A stretch of DNA of 64,000 nucleotides from a virus (taxonomy: Duplodnaviria; Caudoviricetes). Numbering within the stretch: position 1 is the first letter of the stretch; each line of letters opens with the position of its first letter. The notes beneath the pieces were generated by a model. It saw only the letters and a list, made by a program, of their open reading frames with translations, was not told the DNA's origin and searched no databases. The position numbers and the translations under genes are program-made. The stretch is taken from IMG/VR virus record IMGVR_UViG_3300005686_000008; one strand, 5' to 3'. Shown piece by piece: positions 59,086 through 64,000 of this stretch.

Positions 59086-59607
59086 ATGGCTGAATCTAAG
59101 AAACAAATAGAGTGGAATGAAAATCTTGAAAAAGTGAAGCAGTTTGCGAGCGCCAACAAGAAGTGGCCCTCCACAACTTCTAAGGATGAAACAGAAAAGA
59201 ACCTTGGACAATGGTGGAGTAGGCAAAAGTACCTGCTTACTAATAATAAAGGCGAAGGTAAGGCAACCCTTTCTGATGAAAGAAAGGCCCTTGTAAGCGG
59301 AACTATTGAACTCTATTCTGAACTAGAAAGAGATGGAATCTGGGACAAGAAGTATGGAGTTATCGCTGATAAGATCAAGGCTGATGGAAAGTTGTGGAAG
59401 TATGCCACAGAAAATGAAGATGAACAGAAGAGCATCCGCTGGTGGAACCAACAGAAAACCTTTGCTCGCAAGTTCAAAGCAAATCCCACCGGGTCGTTCG
59501 GCGGAATGAATCAGCCTCGCTATGATAAGGTTGTCGCTTTGATGAGAGTTATGGGCGATAACATTGATGAGATAGTTGTTGATCAGGCCTCTCCTGTTCA
59601 ACAGTAA
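59086..59607 (+). CDS. Stand-alone HA-repeat protein (2 repeats)
   Basis: WNENLEKVKQF......WPS...KDETEKNLGQWWSRQK; RBS aaggag. Confidence 0.75.
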   Translation: MAESKKQIEWNENLEKVKQFASANKKWPSTTSKDETEKNLGQWWSRQKYLLTNNKGEGKATLSDERKALVSGTIELYSELERDGIWDKKYGVIADKIKADGKLWKYATENEDEQKSIRWWNQQKTFARKFKANPTGSFGGMNQPRYDKVVALMRVMGDNIDEIVVDQASPVQQ

Positions 59608-60492
59608 AAATGTTTACCAGATTGCTTAGAATGTTGGATATATGGTTCCTTAAAAGTCTGTCTTTTGCAGATAGAAAAAGATGGATGAAGAGGTGGAGAT
59701 ATGGCAAAAATTACGCGCAACGAAGAAACTAATAAACAAATCACTACAATAGATGACCAACGCCGTAGACTTGGCATTGCTTCGCTTCATGGAAAAATCA
59801 AGTCCTGTATCCACCTTCTTAAGATGGCAGATGCAGTATGCGGAGAGGCGGCAGACTCCTATATTGACCCTGATAAATCAGAAGGCCACCTCTATTCCTG
59901 CCTTGAAGCTATACATACCGCTTTAGCCGAAGTGAAAGACCATGCTAATATCGGATCTGCCCTCTGCGAACAAATTGTAGGAGAGAAAATAGTACCGCCT
60001 CTTACTAACTTTGCTAATCAAATGATTAGATACAACGAAACTCCACAAAACTAGTATCCAGGACTAAACTTTCTTAATGTAACCAGTGGATATAGAAATT
60101 TTGATATTCACTACTCAGTGGAATTCATATTATGGATATTTATAGCAAAGCAATCGAATACTTCAAAGAAAATCCAAATCAAATATTAGAAGTTTGGGAT
60201 GACCCTAAAAGCCATTTCTCTGGCGTTCTGTTCCAGGCAGTAACCCCCGATGGTTCTTGCCAACCTAATAACGAAGGAGATTATTGCGGAGATATCTGCG
60301 AAATACACTCCATCGAAGCGTCCGCATGGACAAGAGAACTAGAACAAGAAATCTTGGATGACTTCCGAATCCCTAAGATATACGCCAGCCACGGTTATAG
60401 ACCTAAAATAACCGTTGATATGCTCGAAATCTTCGCTGAATGGCAAAGAAAAATAGATAAGGTCTTGGGTAGAAATCCAGAAAACTTTGAAT

Positions 60493-61573
60493 ATGAACAG
60501 TAATCTCTTCGGAGGATTACCTCTTGGCGAAATTTGCGCCATTACAGGGAAATCAACTTTCGATTTTAGACAAGTAAGACCAGTAGGTAAAGTTATGTCC
60601 GCTTTCAATACATCTTCGCCTCCGTCTCCGCTTGTTCGTAAGTCTGCTTTTTTTGAGGGAGTAGAACTTCCGCCAACATTCAGAATCAGAAAAGAAATGG
60701 CAGCGCCACTTAAGGTTCTCAAAGAACTTTGCGATTACCCTGTTCTTTATATGAACTACAGAGTAATTAACAACGAAGGAGCGATTGCTGTAACAATAAG
60801 CGATAAAAATCCTACAACTGATAATAAGGAAATGACGGCGAAGTATCCCGGAGATGCCATAGTTGTGGACCTATGCTTGTTCAACGATACAAGTGAAAAA
60901 TACATCCATACAATAGACTACTGGGCAAATATGCTTTGCTCCGTCCTCACCTTTAGAGGACATGAAGTATTCCTGAATGGACACCTATATGTCCCTTACG
61001 AATAATAAACTATTGCCGCCATATAACCCTGACTTCGCGGATAAGTATATAAAAGCTTCTCCAGAAACATTTAGAAAAGAATATATGGGAGACTTTCTAA
61101 CTAGCGGAAGACTAAAAGGCCCAGAAGTGGAATCATTTGACCGCAATGACAAGTCCGTTAAACACTCTCTCCTGGTTGAAGAAATCTTCGACAATGTTAG
61201 TATTTATCTTCATATAACAGTAGACCCCGATGGAGTTGATTCAACCAGACATTCAAGAGTAACAATTTCAAGTATCCCATTTACAGACCCAGAATGGGGA
61301 AATAGACTCCACCACATCTGTCTTGGAAGCGAGTTCCCAAAACTCATGGACGTTCAATCAAATGAAAAGAAGTCTTATGAGTTGCATAGAAAGCTTCTTA
61401 TAGAACTTGCTTATATACTTACTCTTAGAGGTCATGAAGTCTTTACTTGCTTTGTTCGAAATCCTACACCTGATAACACGTTAGAATATACTCATTTCTC
61501 TGAAAAACTAAGAGAAGAAATATCAAATAAGAAAGAAAGGGAAACCATCAATGCTAGTTCTAGCAATACTTAA
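60493..61573 (+). other. Two tandem paralogous hypothetical ORFs (60493-61005, 60977-61573)
   Basis: Both contain LT[FL]RGHEVF near the C-terminus. Confidence 0.55.
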
Positions 61574-61783
61574 ACTGATTTTTGGAGGACTACTGTTCCT
61601 TGGCGGTATCGCCATGTATACAACAAATGATTCAACATTCCTCAAGATAGTGGGGGCAATTTTCGGAGTATTCGGACTGGTTCTTATCCTTCCAATGTTC
61701 CTATCGTTTACCTTTTATGCAATCATTGTAGCTCTTATTGTTATTATTGCTTTGAGCGCTATCAAAATGTTTGGTAACTAATC

Positions 61784-62566
61784 ATGTCTTCTTCTAATGG
61801 CGAAATATACCACAACTGTAGAGTTTTGTCTCCTGATGGCATAGAAATGTTTCGCTGCCATAGAAAGAAGTTTAATTGGTATATCAAAAAGGGACTCGCT
61901 GAACTCGTTGAAGGTAGAGAAGACACGATACGCCTCCTCTTCCAGCCTAACGGCCTCGGTTGGGCTGGCGAACATTACTTCCTGCAAGATAGAGATAATA
62001 AGTGCTGCTGCTGCGGAACCTCCCAAAACCTCACAAAACACCACGTTATCCCTTATTCTTATCGAAAGCATCTTCCTATTGAAATCAAAGAATCTAACTA
62101 TTATGATGTACTGCCTCTTTGCGTAGAATGCCATAATAGATATGAAATTTTCGCGAGAGATAAAAAGAAAGAACTCGCAGAACGATATAATGCCCCTATC
62201 CAGGGAATCAATAATTTCACAACCTCAACAGGGCCATGCTTCGCAAAAACATTGTTGCAACATGGAAATGTTATACCTGATGGCCGCAAACAACAAATGC
62301 TCGAATATATCGAGAAAGAATTCGGGAAGAAAAACCTTACACCGAAAGACCTGAAAGAAATAGCAAGCCTAAAAGAAAAAGGTAAACAAAGATCGGATTA
62401 TAAATCGCACGCTGAAATTGTGGTCTCTTCAATAGAATCCTACCAAAAATTCTTCAAAGAGTGGAGAGAACATTTTGTAACGCATATGCAGCCGAAGTGT
62501 CTTCCTAAGTGTTGGGAAATCGAAAGGGATTTACATGGACGAACAAGAAAAAATCAAAAACACTAA
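61784..62566 (+). CDS. HNH-like protein resembling the C-terminal domain of EXD2
   Basis: YHNCRVLSPDG..MF.C..KK.NWY..KGLA, N.CC.CG, HHVIP.SYR, LC..CH..YE, WR.HF...MQP..LP..W. Confidence 0.7.
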   Translation: MSSSNGEIYHNCRVLSPDGIEMFRCHRKKFNWYIKKGLAELVEGREDTIRLLFQPNGLGWAGEHYFLQDRDNKCCCCGTSQNLTKHHVIPYSYRKHLPIEIKESNYYDVLPLCVECHNRYEIFARDKKKELAERYNAPIQGINNFTTSTGPCFAKTLLQHGNVIPDGRKQQMLEYIEKEFGKKNLTPKDLKEIASLKEKGKQRSDYKSHAEIVVSSIESYQKFFKEWREHFVTHMQPKCLPKCWEIERDLHGRTRKNQKH

Positions 62567-63174
62567 AATGGAAGCCTTCTTTCCAAAGATTTTTTGTGTA
62601 TTGACTTGCCTCATTGGTTGCCTAGTATTGATAGCGGCTCCATTCTACGTCCCGCTGGTTAGTATCCTCAAGTTCGTTGGAACAATGGCTACCTCCGCTG
62701 TCCTCGCTCTCTTGTTCGGAATCGTTTCGGTTAGCGGGCTAAACTTTGCCGCCAAAGATGCAGAAAGGAAAGAATCTTCTCTCACCTTCTTGGCTATGCT
62801 CTACCTAACTTCGCTGAGTCTAGGTTTCGTTGCGCTGCTCAGCTTCTTGAGAATCCTCGTTTGGTCGTTCGATCATTTTTTCAATGTTCACATCAGCTGG
62901 TTCTTAGTTCCAGCGCAATAAAGGAGATGTTCATGGATAGTGAAACTTGTAGTTCAGGGTGCCCCGTTCGTAGTCCCCTCGTTCGTAGGGCGCTGCTTCT
63001 CGCAGTTGTCCTCTCGGTCATTGCCGGCGGATATTACTGGTATATCATGAATGATGCTTCCTCGGCTTCAACGCCCGCACGCCCGCAGGTGAATAAGGCC
63101 CCGAACCCGAACAGCCAGGCCCCGACCCCGACTTCAACTACCCTGCCTTGAAAGTAAGGTAATTCCTCTTGCTC

Positions 63175-63207
63175 AACCCTCTTCCTCGTCTTGGGGAAGA
63201 GGGTTTT
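63175..63207 (+). terminator. Intrinsic terminator
   Basis: AACCCTCTTCCTC/GGGGAAGAGGGTT-TT. Confidence 0.75.
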
Positions 63208-63285
63208 CACATTAACTGTAACAGATTGCCATATATGAGCCTAGTATTGTAGAACCCCTCTCCGTCTCTGTAATCCTTGGGAAAG

Positions 63286-63783
63286 ATGCAGGTATATATG
63301 CTCACAATAGGCGTTTCTAAATCCACTAATATTCGTAGACATAAAGACTATTATAACATTCTCTACAATGGAGAAACAAAACTACACCACTATGGCGCTC
63401 TTAGAAGTTTGTTCGAAATGCCTGAACGATGTAACCCGTCTTTTATCGCAATCGCTCGCTCGGGAAGTCATCTGGTTTGCGCAGCATCAGTCACTTTTAA
63501 TGAAGAAAGAAGCTCTCATTCGCAATCAGGATTGATTGTCTCCCACCCTCCTATTGTTGATGGTAAATACTTCGCACCACTTTTCCCTAATGTAGAAGTT
63601 ATGGGATTCACAAGACCTGAGTTTAGAAGAAAAGGATTCGCAACGAAAACCTTGTTCTCTTTACTCAAAAAAGCAAATATACCGAAAAACTATACAGTCT
63701 ATGTATACTCGCAAGCAATGAAAAGAATGCTCGAAAAAATAGGCTTTACTAATGTTGTAAACCTCCACCAAACAACCCCGTAA
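63286..63783 (+). CDS. GNAT-like acetyltransferase
   Basis: FTRPEFRRKGFAT acetyl-CoA motif A; LEKIGF. Confidence 0.6.
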   Translation: MQVYMLTIGVSKSTNIRRHKDYYNILYNGETKLHHYGALRSLFEMPERCNPSFIAIARSGSHLVCAASVTFNEERSSHSQSGLIVSHPPIVDGKYFAPLFPNVEVMGFTRPEFRRKGFATKTLFSLLKKANIPKNYTVYVYSQAMKRMLEKIGFTNVVNLHQTTP

Positions 63784-64000
63784 TGACAGCATTCCCTCGA
63801 AAAATTAGCCTCCACGAAATAGAACCGTTCGGAGTTCTTAAAGACCTCTATATGTTCGAAATTCGAAATATCGAATATGCGAATAAGGTTGAGTTTAGAC
63901 TTTTTTCTGATAGATATGAATCAAAAGAAAGCGTTATCTCCAAACTGCTTAATGAACTTGATAAAAGAAACCTCTTCATAGACTCTATTTTTGTTGATTT

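Overview
This 64 kb window is gene-dense, almost all on the + strand, and looks like part of a jumbo/huge bacteriophage genome: many short hypothetical ORFs mixed with host-like auxiliary genes, with no virion structural genes and no rRNA seen. The standard genetic code fits. Recognisable genes include gyrB/gyrA, lysS, tilS, rtcB, an Rnl2-like ligase, Ro60/TROVE, uvsE, dCMP deaminase, NADAR, NUDIX, a FliA-like sigma factor, ClpC-N fusions, an APS-kinase/nucleotidyltransferase fusion, two SF2 helicases and split DNA-methyltransferase pieces. There are 7 intact-looking tRNAs (4 Glu, 3 Arg) and one tRNA-Arg split by an HNH+tRNA insert. Most notable: (1) the 680-nt gap before the Ro60 gene holds three Y-RNA-like units, a tRNA-mimic YrlA-like RNA and a Ro-motif hairpin next to the Ro60 ribosome-binding site; (2) a helicase whose last helicase-associated repeat appears split, the missing end being carried at the N-terminus of two different repeat proteins; (3) a split methyltransferase/nuclease/helicase locus with a second, distant NPPY-TRD gene; (4) structured RNA candidates upstream of rtcB and of the tRNA cluster; (5) two recurring intergenic promoter-like motifs. 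All calls come from reading motifs by eye; no searches or folding programs were run.
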